Positions 49,355 to 63,100 of a stretch of DNA of 64,000 nucleotides are shown here, piece by piece. A program made the translations under genes and the position numbers. Positions within the stretch are counted from its first letter, which is position 1; every line of letters begins with the position of its first letter. The notes beneath the pieces were generated by a model. It did no database searches and was not told the origin of the DNA. It worked only from the letters and a program-made list of their open reading frames with translations. Source of the DNA: Eutreptiella sp. 'Long Island Sound 2002' (lineage: Eukaryota > Protista > Euglenida); assembly GCA_964036045.1 (NCBI GenBank), contig OZ038379.1, positions 39,494,001 to 39,558,000 of the forward strand. Direction: 5' to 3'.

Positions 49355-49584
49355 CTGGATTGTAACTCCTTGAGAGGTCCGGGAGGACGCGCATACCCGT
49401 GCAAACGGGGCGACAGGGGTGGGGCAAGGCGCAGGACTCGTTCCTCCCGCCACCCCGCCGCAGCCGTCTTGGTGAGGGTAGGTCATACCGAACCCAAAGT
49501 TGGCCCTGTCAGTGACCCATGTCCTGCTATGTGTACTCTCAATGGACACTTGGTGAAACTTCGGTCACGAGTGAAAAAAAAAAA

Positions 49585-52500
49585 GGAGGTATTTGAGGGC
49601 AATTGGATGGAGGCTGCCTTCGAAGGTTTCGTACTATAGGCTCCCCGTGTGGAAAAGTATTTGCAGCACGCTATCTACACGGATATCATGTACGGGGCAC
49701 TGGGCCTCCACCATGCGTCGTGGGCCGGGTTATTTGCCCTCGTCCAGCTAGTTCAACGGGTTGCGGGTTCCACAAAGGCCCTTGGTGAAGAGTACCAACT
49801 TTGGTCATCTCCTTCACATCGTAGAGAAGTACCGCAAGATCTTGTTGTCCTTTGGTATGGAAATGGGACGCGTTTGCGCACCAGCCAGTCCACTGTTCGA
49901 AGGGCACCCAAGCGCACAACGATGACTTGAAGTCACTATTTGATGATGAGGATTCCGACGACTTTAGGTTTGAGTCGCTTGTGCCCAGCAAGTAATTTCA
50001 ATCTCTCCCAAGGCCGGCAGTGGTCCCGTGCAACCCAACGTGGTGCATTCCACACGCGCATGGCACTAGCGAGACTGGCCCACTCAGTCAATTTGGTACA
50101 GGGATGGCAACTGATTGGAAGTGCGGGCCGTCACAGGCATGGTCAATGGATCTTTGCGCATCCAAGCAAGGGTAGTGGGCCCACGCCCGATCGACAGGGC
50201 CAAAGTGTACGGCGTATGGATAGCGGCCCAACCGAGGGCCTCTGGTGTGCTTGACAATGGAGCAGGGACGTAATGCATCTCCAAGCCACCCAGGCCACAG
50301 CCGTCAGACAGCGCCTTGCAGGACGCAAAATGTCCGCGTATCTTCAACAAATCACTACACGTACGTTGGGTGCGCGGGTACCGGGTCCCCAAAATGACAC
50401 ATAGCCTACAAGACTAACCCCCCCAACCAACCAAAAATGTACCCCCCCCCTGAAATTTATACCCCTGAGGCCTAGTGCGTGTACTCCCAAAATCTATACA
50501 CCCCTTCAGCCATGTGCAAGCAGACGGAACCAATTGAAAACCCACAGTGTTAACACCATTATAAAAGTCACTTTGTTGAAGAATGCATCAATGGTGGTTT
50601 GCTTCATCACATTGCCAATATGGGCAGAGGCATGGGTTACCGCAGCTGAACATTCTGCACCAGCGATCAGCAACTGTGACCAGCAGGTCGCAACCCAAAA
50701 TTCCTTGTTTGTGCTCAAACAATTGTTTGCCTTTTCACTTTTAGGCAGTTTTCTGTCCACCCGGTCTGAGTTACATGATTGGTCCTGAATTGGTGCAGTG
50801 TGTTTCCTACCTCCTTGGCAAATTATATCCCCCCAAAATCTATAACCCTCTGGCACTGTTGAGCAACCTGTTAAAATGTGTACCCCGTGGGTATACATTT
50901 GGGAGGGCGGGTTTATCTGGAGAGGATAGGTAACGAATCGGACGATTGCGTAACCTGAGCAACCAGTCTTATGCACCCTCGTTGCCGCCCGGGGAGCACA
51001 TCACCCTCGGATGTCATCTTGAATAATCCTAGAATGTTGTTCCGGCGCGCACCTGGATGGTCAAATGACGCCCCAAGAAGCTAGTACTTGAGGCACATTG
51101 GACATGATGGCTACCCTTGTGTGGCGTTAATCGAGATAAGTGGGCACCGTTGCTGTGGGGTACACTGTGGTGCATGGCATAGGGGGCACCTCGAGAAACC
51201 GAGTTGCTGCGGTGTACACAATGCGGGCAGTGCCATGGCCCCGCAGCGCAGGAGTACTTTTTGGAATGCTCCTCCGAGTCACGGTTTTGTTACATTTGGA
51301 TTGACACATGGGAGATATTGAAGCTACAGACCGTGAACTGGCGGCAAACGGCGCCCACCAACCAGCTGCACATGTGCCCTAGATTTTAGTTCGTCCATTC
51401 CCATCAGCAATCTTCCCTTGTGGTAGACGCGCACGGGAGGATGGTAGTTGCCACATGGCAATTGCACGTGTTCCAACGTTGGTACGCATGGGTCTTTGAC
51501 AAGATGCAGCATGCTCCACCGTTCGTCAGCATTGAACGCCATGCGCGCTCTGCGGTTGTGGCCGCTTGCTTGAACTGCCACCGAAGCTCCTCCAACGTGG
51601 GGACGGTATTTTTCAATTGTGGCTTTGCCTTTGGTGGGATGGATAGTACTCCTGTGACGTGGTTCGAGCTGATGCGTACCCGAGGCTTGGCCACGTGCGG
51701 GGGGCCCCGGCAACCGGCGGGAGTATGTGCTTGGGTCGGTCATGGAGGCCATGGCCCGGCGTTGCCATGTAGCACCACTGCGCTAGCGACCTAGAGAGCC
51801 GTCTCTGCTACCGGCACGGACACAAGCCTCACCGCCGTGAGAGTTTTGTGAACTCCATGCTCAACGTATCTTGGTGCAAGCACGACGCACTTTAGTACAC
51901 ACTTAAGCACAAGCCACACAGCTTTGCCTAGAAGAGGTGGTGTAGGCACTTAACCAACATAACACCACCTGGAAGTCCCTCTCTTTGGCGCACCACCACA
52001 AGCACGTGTGCCGTCAAGCGTATTTCTTTTACAACGAGCAACTATCACGGTGGTGCCTAGAGGCGCAACATGCCTTGTACCAATCGTCCTCGACTGCAGC
52101 CTGTTGACGGCTGGGATTCCGCCAGCGGAGCATGGCCATCTTCGCTAAAACGGGGTCCACGACATTGCGCAAGCTCCTTGCAGCTCTCTGTGTTGGGAGC
52201 AAGCTAATTGTTTGCGGTCCACCACCATCCAAATGTACAAAGCGTCCCAGAGGCGGCATGTGCCTAGAGTGCACGTGGTAACCCAGACGGCTCTACGGCG
52301 CACAACTTTTTTGGACCCCGGACGGGAAGTCCAAGAGAACACCACACACGACATGAAAGGACTTCGTGATGTGCACCCCAATGAGACACACAAGCGGCGC
52401 ATGACAAAAGATTTAGAGGTTCGCGGTGATCTCTGGGATACGGAGATCCCGCCCAAGGACATGGGCGATGTCATTGTTTCAACTGGATTGTAACACCCTG

Positions 52501-52712
52501 AGAGATCCGGGAGGACGTGCACACCTATGCAAGCGGGGCGACAGCGGTGGGCCAAGGCGTAGGACTTGTTCTTCCCGCCACCTTGCCGCAGCCGTCTTGG
52601 TAGGGGTAGGTGGCCATTAACCCTCACCCAAGACCCGCCGAGTCACTGACCCATGACCTAGTATACTATGGATGCACACTTGGTGGAACTTTGGTCACAC
52701 TTTAAGAAAAAA
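49585..52712 (+). mobile_element. Older LINE family A copy, 3' part (continuation of 30640-31991)
   Basis: Colinear with 46945-49584, with a short A-tail at about 52706-52712. Contains an insertion at 50417-50913 and an inversion at about 51539-51738. Confidence 0.9.
50417..50913. mobile_element. ~0.5-kb MITE-like insertion with probable TA TSD
   Basis: Interrupts the RNase H homology (GACTA | TATCTG versus GATTATCAC in the younger copy). Imperfect IR CCAAAAATGTACCC / GGGTATACATTTGGG. Confidence 0.5.
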
Positions 52713-52767
52713 GCCACACAACTACTACCTTGGGGGTTCCCAACACATAGCGCGGGGATGAGAATCG

Positions 52768-53303
52768 GAAGGGGTTATCAGATGCTATCTCTTGCATGGC
52801 CCCAGGAAGGGCGTTGGCTACATACCCTTTGCTTTCTTGAGTCTCCCCGGCATTCAACAAGGGCTAAAAAACACACATTGTCAGGTGCGGGTGTTGGTTG
52901 CCACGACTCCATGGGTCTTGCAGTCCAAAGGGCATGAGCCCAAACTCCCATGCCGCCTTGTTCATAAAGCCAGGTGTGTCGTCATTGAGGTGGCAGAGGC
53001 ATGACTCTTGCACCATGGAGACATAGTGGGGGCCTGAAGGGGTTATCAGATGCTATCTCTTGCATGGCCCCAGGAAGGGCGTTGGCTACATACCCTTTGC
53101 TTTCTTGAGTCTCCCCGGCATTCAACAAGGGCTAAAAAACACACATTGTAAGGTGCGGGTGTTGGTTGCCACGACTCCATGGCTCTTGCACTCCAAAGGG
53201 CATGAGCCCAAACTCCCATGCCGCCTTGTTCATAAAGCCAGGTGTGTCGTCATTGAGGTGGCAGAGGCATGACTCTTGCACCATGGAGACATAGTGGGGG
53301 CCT
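52768..53303 (+). repeat. 268-bp tandem duplication
   Basis: 52768-53035 versus 53036-53303; I counted three mismatches. Confidence 0.95.
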
Positions 53304-53309
53304 CTTAAA

Positions 53310-55300
53310 GATGTGAAACAGTCCGGCCAGGAACGTCTTATCATGAGATGTCAGGTCACGGCGCACAAGGCGGACAAGAATGCTTGCTACGAGCACATAG
53401 TGCGCGGCTTTCGCGACAATCACCAACTCATCCCAGGCACAAGGGGCGTTATGCATGCCGCGCGCGCGTTGCGCGCACGCCGTGCATTTACTTGGTCCAG
53501 AACGATGCCCAACCGACAAAGTACTACCTAGTATTTATAACAATGAGCCTCGTTATGCATGTAGTTGAGTTGCATGCATGCTTTGCCCTCATTTCTAGTG
53601 CATTGGTGTGTGTTGTTCTGCATCTTTTCCTATAGCGCCGTGGGATCTTTTCCCCGTTTTGTCCAATACATATCCGATGGCTGTACTTTAAGTGCAGTTA
53701 CTTCTGATTACTCCTCCCCATCAACTACCAACACAAAAATCGCATCCAAGACGTATCGCCGTGTGACTGCACATAGCCAAAAGGGGGTTGTGGATTTGGA
53801 TGCCATTTCGAGTGATCGTCTCCTGTACATATGCTAAGCGAAGAGGAGGACGTCGTTCACCCTTCGAGTTAGGGACTAACTTATTTTTGCTTTTTTCCCC
53901 ATGTGTCTTTGTTGTGGCTGGTACAGTGGCATAGCTGATGCAGGGGAAGGGCTGAAATATTTGGCTGTCCAATTTTATGGGGGTGTAGTATGGTATGTAT
54001 GCGCAAGAATATTGCCAATTGTAGCAAAAACCCTCCATTTTGGCTTGTCAAGTGTGCGTTGTGCCCAAGTTGTGCGCGCGCACTTTACCCACCCGCCTCC
54101 ATAGTAATGGATTTTGTCCTCGTACTCCAGGCCCGAGCAAGCTGCCTACTACTAGTGTAGCTGATGTCTCGTGTTAATGAACGAACGATGGCCTCCATCT
54201 GGAAGCAAATTAACCATCATAACACACAAAACGTGCTTACAAATGACACGATGCAAGGCCGTGGGGACGCCATGACTACCAAGTTGTCGGGCCCCTTACC
54301 CTTCTCCCTCACTTGGCTTTTCCTCTCTCTAACCTTGTGTGCACCGTGGCTTAGTGGAAGGAAGGAAGGCTCGATAGTGGGGTAATTAGTCAAGCTCAAG
54401 ACATAGCTACACCAATGTCTTGGGGTAGTCAATGCGTACTGACCCCTGGGAGGTATGGGAGCTGTACCTAGGACCCCCTTTTGACCGGAAATTTGCGTAG
54501 CTTCACCGAAGTAGGAGAAAACCACTGATTTGCAGAAACCACTGAATACGGCCTTTTGTCGTTTCTCGAAAGTGTCTTCAATTGAACTTTCACCGGATCC
54601 GGTGAAAGAAATTTGTATTGCAATTTGCTAGATTGCATTGAAGGACTCTTGACGGACAATGAATCTCATATGTTTCCCATTCTCAGCACGTATTTGTTAC
54701 CAATATGTCCTTGGCCGCCTAGTAGGTGCACGTTTAATTGTCCTACAGCATTTGTAACATTGTCTTTGGCATTCAAATTCCAGGTATTGTATGTTATTCA
54801 CACGCCGGACACACGCCATCGGTCGTTTACACATAAACCTAATTTTTACCGAGGCTACCCCCAACTACTTGTACTACAATGCGTCAACAGTGACCTCAGA
54901 AGGTATGTTTGTTCGGATCCAGCAAAACACTGCCTCCTTCGAAGCTATGGCGTCACACATAGGGTACCGCAATTGCAGTTATCAGGTAGTCCGCGTTGAT
55001 ATTTTCCTCTGTTGTAGACACTGATATCACAGAATGTATCATTGCGGACCGCTCGCACAACTCTCTAATTGGATTGTTTGCTCCGAGATTTCACACTGCA
55101 GATGGTACGTATTTGCCTCATCCACAGACCTAATTATGAGGCCTGGTTCCTAGGAACACTACATGCAAAGGCTGCCGTGCACCCGGCCCGCATCAAGGCC
55201 CAAAGATTGAAAGAAATTGCAATGGATGCCGCCAAGAGCATAATATCATGGGATGTAGATGGTTCCCACTTACTTGCCAAAAGAACTCAAGCCACACCCT
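53310..55300 (+). mobile_element. Heavily decayed ORF1 region related to LINE family A
   Basis: Patches homologous to 43130-43400 and 43820-43960. Confidence 0.6.
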
Positions 55301-55989
55301 CACCGGTTAGCCCCGTTTGTAAGAAGAAGTCGCATGGTTGGGGGAGAGTTGAACGAAAGAACAAGTATTCGCCGGATGCGCAGTCGTAGTATGTACCATG
55401 AAACGTAGACATAAGACAATACACCAAGCCCAAGGTTCCAACGCCAGCATGGGAAGGGGCGCTCGCAACGTGCAAAAGGGCTTGGTCCCCCCCCCCCCCC
55501 CGTACCAAAGCACGGTCAGCAGCCACCTGGAGTGGTACAGAACTGGTCTGCGCTGCAGTGCAGCGAGGAAAAACACTGAACTATGTCGTTATGACCATGC
55601 GCCTGTGACACGGGGGCGTATGCGAGCCCAGTATCCGTTGCCTCATGGCCCCCCGTACCAAGCGTGCGCTATGTATTCTACAATTTTGCATCCTAGCATC
55701 CTAGGGGCTCGGTCCGCGGGAGAAGTTTTGCACAAGCCCATCAATTTGTGCTGCGTCGCTTTAGCGGGTGGGCGTTATACCCCATGCGTATCAAGGCTCT
55801 ACGCCAACGGATGTGTACACCCCGGGGGGGGGCGGCCGGGCCGGGTCCTTGTATGCGAGCCCCCCAGCCCCCCCCCCCCCCGGGTTTTGAAAGATAGTGG
55901 TGCTGAGACGGCCCCCAACAAGTGTCCCTAGAGAAAACTGTCCGGTGCCGCTGGAGGATAGGGGCCCCCGACCCACCTCGCAGGAAACC

Positions 55990-58900
55990 GCAGCCCAGGG
56001 TCACTAAGTGGTATACCACACACTTCCAACGCTTTACCAACTCCATATTCACTCTACCCGTAAAGAACACCGACCCACCCCTACACACAGCACGGCACAT
56101 CCTATCGGCGATAGCACACGCGGCGCGACCACGACAACCCACACACACCAAGACATGAGCCACAGCAACCTGGTCGGAGACCGCGGACCCCACGGCACGG
56201 TTACGCGAATACGGGGAGGCACAAGAACAACACATACAGAGACAAATCGGCAAACTTCGCCGGGCAGCTGTGCACAGATAAGGCTACTTCTACAGAATGG
56301 TCAAGAGATGGCGCACTGGGCTCATAGCTCAAGACACGCCACAGCCCCCAATAGGAGGGACACAACATGTCCTCAACCACTTTGCGGGCGACCGAACATA
56401 CGATGACGATGCGTGCCGACGACTAATATGGAAACATGAACGGCAGCACACATGGAACACCACGACCCCAACATATGAGGAGTACCCGCGGTGCCTGCGG
56501 GCACCAAACAATAACTTAGCCGGACCCGATGGTGTACCTCCGCACCTACTCCGACACCTAACTAACCACATACAGCAACCACTATACCAGGCAATCATCG
56601 TTGTCTGCAACGGACAAAACATCCTAGTGGCTTGGCTGCCGTCAAGGGTAGTGCTCATATATAAAAAGAAAGACCCCCAGGACCCAAGAAACTACAGGCC
56701 GATCTATGTGTCCACAGCCATGCATAGCATACTCACACGCCTCCTCCTGACGCGTACATCTAGGGCCATGACCCCGGGACTACTAGACATACAACACGGC
56801 GCCATACAGGGCCGAAACACCACGGCCCTAGCCACAAAGCTACTCAACGACTTACACGCACAAGACGGTTACGTGGCCCTCCTCGACGTGGCCAAAACAT
56901 TCCCCTCAGTCCCTCGACCAATGCTGACTGGGATCGTCAAGGAGGCAGGGGCACCAGAAAACATCATACGAATGTTGGGGGAAATATACCAGCACACACC
57001 GGCCATATTAACCCTCCACGGAAGGGACCTCCCCATACGTTTCACCAGGGGTATGAAAGAGGGGTGCCCCCTCTCCCCAAAACTATTTCTCCTATACTAC
57101 GACATATTACTACGGGAAGCCAAAGAGCGTTGCCCGGGAGCCCAGCTATACGTGTTCGTTGATGACATAGCGGTGCGTGCACCCACGAATGAAACACTAC
57201 TACACATGTTAGATACACTCCACGACGTGGCTTACACAATGGGGCTACGCTTCAATAAGGACAAAACTGAAGTATACCACTGGGCTAAGGACTACAACCT
57301 CGAACCCATCACATGGCACCACCAGCTCATCCCCGTGCGGCCACCCATAATGACGTATCTTGGGCACGTGCTCGCCCACCCCTCACAAGAAGACACAGCG
57401 TGGGACATGGTCACCATGCAACTGCACCACGACATAGCGGCATACAGGACCTTACCGCTAAACGCTTACGAAAAGGCAGCTATCATAAACGCCGTCCTCA
57501 TCCCTCGATGGACTTACAGGGGGCTATTCCTCGGGAACAGGGCACAGATGGCACACTGGGACGACATACTCCTACAGTACATCAGAGACACACCCGGGAT
57601 AGAACAACAAATGAACAGGCACCGACTGACTACCAACCTCAGCCACGGGGGACCAGGCCTCCGTCAGTTATGGTGGTCCTACATCACCCGGTGGGTCACA
57701 CTAGGACAGCAAGAACTGCAGAATAACGGCCCTACACAACAGCTCACCGCAACCCAATATAAATACATCGACGCTGTCCGAGCCCTAGGGGGCACGGTGG
57801 GTCAGCGCATATCCCAACCCAGGCAACATCGGCCCCTGTCGGCGGGCCTATACGACTCGGAGAGCTCGGAGGAGGACCAAGAGACACGCGCAGGGAAGAC
57901 ACGGCCGGCGATCAACCGCCTGGACTACGGCTGGATGAACCCGCCGGACGAACCAACCCCAGAGGAAACCCACGAGATCTACCAGACACTGCCCCATCAG
58001 CAGAAGATCCACGGGATCACCATACACTACACGGGAGTACCCACCACCACACGGTGGTATACACACGGGTCGAAACGACACGGAGGAGCGGGAGGGGGCA
58101 TATACAACGGGACCTACCGCGCAGCTTTTCGGCTGCATGGGCCTCAGCAAGTGTATCGGGCCGAGACAATCGCTTGCGCGCTGGCCTCTGAACTGGCCAG
58201 TCCAGGGGACAACGTCATACTTGACAACCAAAGTGTGGTGAAATCCACACCTATAAAACGAAAAGGAGAGGTCAAAGACCAGGACTACCGCGACATAGGT
58301 TACCTCCCCTCAAAGCGATTGACGATACGCTGGACTCCGGGACACCGTACCCTGGAACAAGCCACCACGTATAACGACTACCAGGACATACAGGGGAACA
58401 ACCACTCCGATGTCCTTGCCAATATGGGCGACAACCTGCCCATGGACTCCAAACAACCATAACCCCATGATATTGTCATCATCGGACAAATCATGCCCAC
58501 GCCTGCCAAGGCATGGATTATGCAAGTGCGTAGACAAAAGCAAACACAGGAGGTGCACTGGGTGAGCTCCAATCAGTCCAACTCCTGCGCCACAAGTCCC
58601 AGAACTCGCCCCAGGCGGGACAGTACACCGGTCTTGACTGCACTGATGCTCCGTGTTTTTGGCCACACTGGGAGCACAGGGTGGGTGTTCTTTCCCAAGG
58701 AGCACCTATTCCCCACCACCTTACGTGCCCCCACAGCCATGGGGTCCAAGCATTTCGTCTGTAGTGTTTCATGGGGAGCCAGGCCCAACACACCTACCAA
58801 ACGCAGCAAACGGCCACCAGCCAGGAACTGTGGCTCTGTGTCAGGCTGCTCATACCACTGTCTCTCGTCGACGCCTTACCCACCACGGAACAGCATAAAC

Positions 58901-60050
58901 TACGGACGGAGGTGGGCCTATTTCAGTTTCGCATGATTCAGGCTGTCCAAACACTAAAACGGAAATTCGCTGACCCTACACCTCACCAGCCACCGTCGCC
59001 CCTGTGGCTGACAAAGTATGTCGCTGAGGCACTGCCACCGTGAGAAGCGCCACAAAACGTACGAAATCACATCGGGGCACCCATGCGGAGCGGCACGAAA
59101 CGAAAACGTAGGACCGAGGCAACGGCGGAGCCCATCGACCCCGACCAATGGATTCGTGATGCGCGCGCCGCAAACGACGACGAGGCAGTGGCATGGCTAG
59201 CAAGAATCCGAGCAACTAACACAGCCCAAGGCGAACCAACCCAGAAGCGTCGGCGTCTCAGCGTTGCCGCACAGCGATGGGAGCAGTACAAAACGACTGC
59301 AGACAGGTTGCCACAAGAACACGCACAGCAATCACACAACATTTACTATAGTGCACACGCCGCTGAGGTAGCACGGCAGCACCTATGCACTCTGCACACA
59401 TACTACACCTACACACTAACAGTCAAAATGGACTACCACAGGCTAGTCACAACACTGATCAAAGACTAGATGGCGGCACAACGACTGCACGACACCCACG
59501 CACACATATGCCAGGTACTCAGGCAATGGTATGAACGAGCAAAGTATGACACAGGGATGTGGTATGCGGATGCAAAAATGTTGCTGCTGATGTGCGGGCG
59601 ATACCAGAAGATGTGCGTGGGCACTGACAAGCTGCTGGACCATCACCTGCGACAGGCACACTACATGTGGTGCCAGCAAGAACACTTGGCAAACATGACA
59701 CAGTGCTACCATGACGCCTGCAAACGTAAGACAACACAATACTGGCACACAACCCGACAAGCACGACAGACGATATACCTCATACGGAAACGGCCACGAG
59801 AACATTGGGACCCCACCTTGTGGGAAGTCCCGATGCAACCTCTACCGAAACGCCACAAAACGCACTTGGATTCAGACGAGTGGGAAATACCAATGACATG
59901 ACCACCACCACCCCAACGGGAAACCATGGGGGCGCACTCGTGAGCTGCAGCCCGTATGCACACCTGGCTTTGCCTAAATCCGTACTCTGCATCGAACTTG
60001 GCCCGCAGCGGCCCGTGGCACATTGTGAACTGGCCTATTTGATAAAAAAA
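55990..60050 (+). mobile_element. 5'-truncated LINE family B with poly(A)
   Basis: Contains the RT-RNase H ORF. The 3' part is colinear with 22839-24412 and ends CCTATTTGAT(A)7. 5' end approximate; no TSD found. Confidence 0.9.
56297..58462 (+). pseudogene. Non-LTR RT plus RNase H (family B), 721-codon open frame
   Basis: AGPDGVP, NYRPI, LLDVAKTFPS, GMKEGCPLSP, FVDD, FNKDKT and YLG; RNase H WYTHGS...RAET...ILDN...IRWTPGH...GNNHSD. Confidence 0.93.
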
Positions 60051-60141
60051 GTCTTGTACAGAATTCATATTTGTGTTAAAACAACAAGAAAAACTTTTGA
60101 CCCGAAGGAGGGCTGGGAAGGGCTGCAGGCCCTAGCAGCAA

Positions 60142-63100
60142 CCCTAGCCCTAACCCTAATCAAGACTGAATATTGGGACCGAGCTGGTGAGGGAGGGAAC
60201 ATCAGCTATGACTGGTGAGGGACATCAAGAGTCATTCACACATTGATGGCTCTTGACAAAGTCAAATCAGCTTGCAAGTGAACCGCATCACCTCCAGGCC
60301 CACTTTCAAGGCTTTTTGGACTTGTGAGGGGCCAAAATGCCCCAAAATGGGCTAAAAATTGGCTTCTTCTACCCGTTTGTGCACTCCAAATGGTCTAGGA
60401 TGATGTTTGGAAAAATACGCTTTTGACACATTTTTGACCCATTTTTGGTCCCAAAACAGCCCATTTTCGAGGCATTTTGGGATTTTCGGAGGACCAAAGT
60501 GCGAAATGGGCCACCACAAGCTCAAAACGGTCCAAAAACACTTGTTTAAGCATCACACATGGTCTAGGATAATTTTTCAGAAATGTCATCTTTTTGCCCC
60601 TACTGGACCCTATTGAGCAATTTGGGCACCCACCTATTTCGGTTTGAGCTTGCAGCTTGCCGCAGTCTAGTGGGCCTAGGTACGGGGGTCTAGTTTGTCC
60701 GTTTTGGCAATTCTGAGTGATGGAAACCACAAAAAGTGGGGGATTGCGGGTGGATTAGGTGCCCTGGGAATCGCATTTTGAGCCATGTAGCCAAAAATAT
60801 GGCCTGTTCTTGGTTTGTGGCTGTCGGCATTTGGAGCTTCTGGGGGCCTTTTTGGGCCTTTTTTGCGAGGTATCATGGAGTTAGAGGGACGCAAAGGGCT
60901 CGTTGACACGGGGAAGTCAACCCGCACATAGAGGGTACCCACGGTTTCCCTTCGTCTGGCCGTTTTGAGTGTGCTCCCGGGCTTTTTTGGCCCAAAAATG
61001 GCTGTTTTTGGCCCTAAACCGCGGCTTTTGAAACTGCGGTCCGCCACTTGCGAATCCCGTTCCTGGCCGCCACCGGTGAGTTTCTTGCTCAAACTTTGTG
61101 TGATTGTACTTCACACCCATAGGTACCATCCACCAAAATTTTAGCCGAATGTGAAGCACCACGACGGAGTTCCGATTTTTACCCATTTCGCGCGTGCTGC
61201 TGCTTGTTGCTTGCTGCTTGCTTGATGATAAACCTGGTAGGTCCACCCTAGACACTAAAAAGGGTTATAAAACCAATACAGTTTCCATCAGCTCGGTGAC
61301 CCGAGCCCTAACCCTAACCCTAATCAAGACTGAATATTGGGACCGAGCTGGTGGGGGAGGGAACATCAGCTATGACTGGTGCGGGACATCAAGAATGATT
61401 CACGCATTGATGGCTCTTGACAAAGTGAAATCAGCTTGCAAGTGAAACCCATCACCTCGAGGCCCACTTTCAAGGCTTTTTGGACTTGTGAGGGGCCAAA
61501 ATGCCCCCAAATGGGCTCAAAATGGGCTCATTTCACCCGTTTGTGCACCCCAAATGGTCTCGGATTATGTTTGGAAAAATGCGTTTTTGACCCATTTTTG
61601 ATCCATTTTTGGTCCCAAAACAGCCTTTTTTTCAAGGCATTTTGGGATTTTCGGAGGACCAAAATCGTCCACCACAAGCTCAAAACGGTCCAAAAACACT
61701 TGTCTTAGCGTCGCACATGGTCTAGGATCATTTTTGAGAAAAGTCAGTTTTTTGCTCCTACTGGACCTTGTTGACCCATTTGGGCACCGACCTGTTTGGG
61801 CTTGACCTTGCAGCTTGCCGCACCCTAGGTGGCGTAGGTTTTGGGGTCTAGGCGTCCGTTTGGGCAATTTTGAGGGCCGGAAACCACAAAAAGTGGGGGG
61901 TTGCGGGTGGAGTAGGTGCCCTGGGAATCGCATTTTGAGCCATGTAGCCAAAGATATGGCCTATTCTTGGTTTGTGGCTGTCGGCATTTGGAGCTTGTGG
62001 GGGCCATTTTGGGCCGTTTCCGGGACATATCATGGAGTTAGAGGGCAGCAAAGAGCTCGTTGACACGAGGAAGTGGAGCCACACGTAGAGTGTACCCACC
62101 GTTTCCCTTCGTTTGTTCATCTTGAATGTGTTCCAGGGTCTTTTTGGCCCAAAAATGGCTGTTTTTGGCCCTAAGGTGCAGCTTTTGAAATTGTGGTCCG
62201 CCACTTGCGAATCCCGTTCCCGGCCGCCACCGTCGAGTTTCTAGCTCAGACTTTCCGATCGTACTTCACACCCATAGGTGTCATCCACCAAAATTTCACC
62301 CGAATCTGAAGCACCACGACGGAGTTTTGATTTTTACCCATTTTGCGCGTGCTGCCCTAATCAAGACTGAATATTGGGACCGAGCTGGTGGGGGAGGGAA
62401 CTTCAGCTATGACTGGTGCGGGACATCAAGAATGATTCACACATTGATGGCTCTTGACAAAGTGAAATTACCTTGCAAGTGAACGTCATCACCACGAGGC
62501 CCACTTTCAAGGCTTTTTGGACTTGTGAGGTGCCAAAATGCCCCAAAATGGGTTCAAAATGGGCTCATTTCACCCTTTTGTGCACCCCAAATGGTCTAGG
62601 ATGAGGTTTGGAAAAATGTGTTTTTGCCCCATTTTTGACCCATTTTGGTCCCAAAACAGCCCATTTTCAAGGCATTTTGGGATTTTCGGAGGACCAAAAT
62701 GGGCAACCACAAGCTCAAAGCAGTCCAAAAACACTTGTTTTAGCGCCGCACGTGGTGTAGGATCATTTTTGAGACAAGTAATCTTTTTGCCACTACTGGA
62801 CCCTATTGACCCATTTGGGCACCCACCTGTTTGGGCTTGAGCTTGTTGACCCATTTGGGCACCCATCTGTTTGGGCCTGAGCTTGCAGCTTGCCAAAGTC
62901 GAGTGGGCCTAGGTATTGGGGTCTAGGCGTCTGTTTGGGCAATTCGGAGGGTTGGAAACCACAAAAAGTGGGGGGTTGCGGGTGGAGTAGGTGCCCTCGG
63001 AATCGCATTTTGAGCCATGTAGCCAAAGATATGGCCCATTCTTGGTTTGTGGTTGTCGGCATTTGGAGCTTCTGGGGGCCTTTTTGGGACGTTTCCGGGA

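Larger units (their letters stand above)
31992..49584 (+). mobile_element. 17.6-kb SL-headed, poly(A)-tailed retro-insertion (LINE family A plus LHC-derived 5' module) with 10-bp TSD
   Basis: TSD GGAGGTATTT at 31982-31991 and 49585-49594. Poly(A) at 49574-49584. SL at the 5' end. The flanks rejoin in frame as FMWEVFEGNWMEAAFE, versus FMWDVRWGNRMETAFE in the internal copy. Confidence 0.88.

Noticed and set aside
60142-60159. True chromosome end
   Set aside because: Only 2-3 hexamers, and ordinary sequence continues on both sides.
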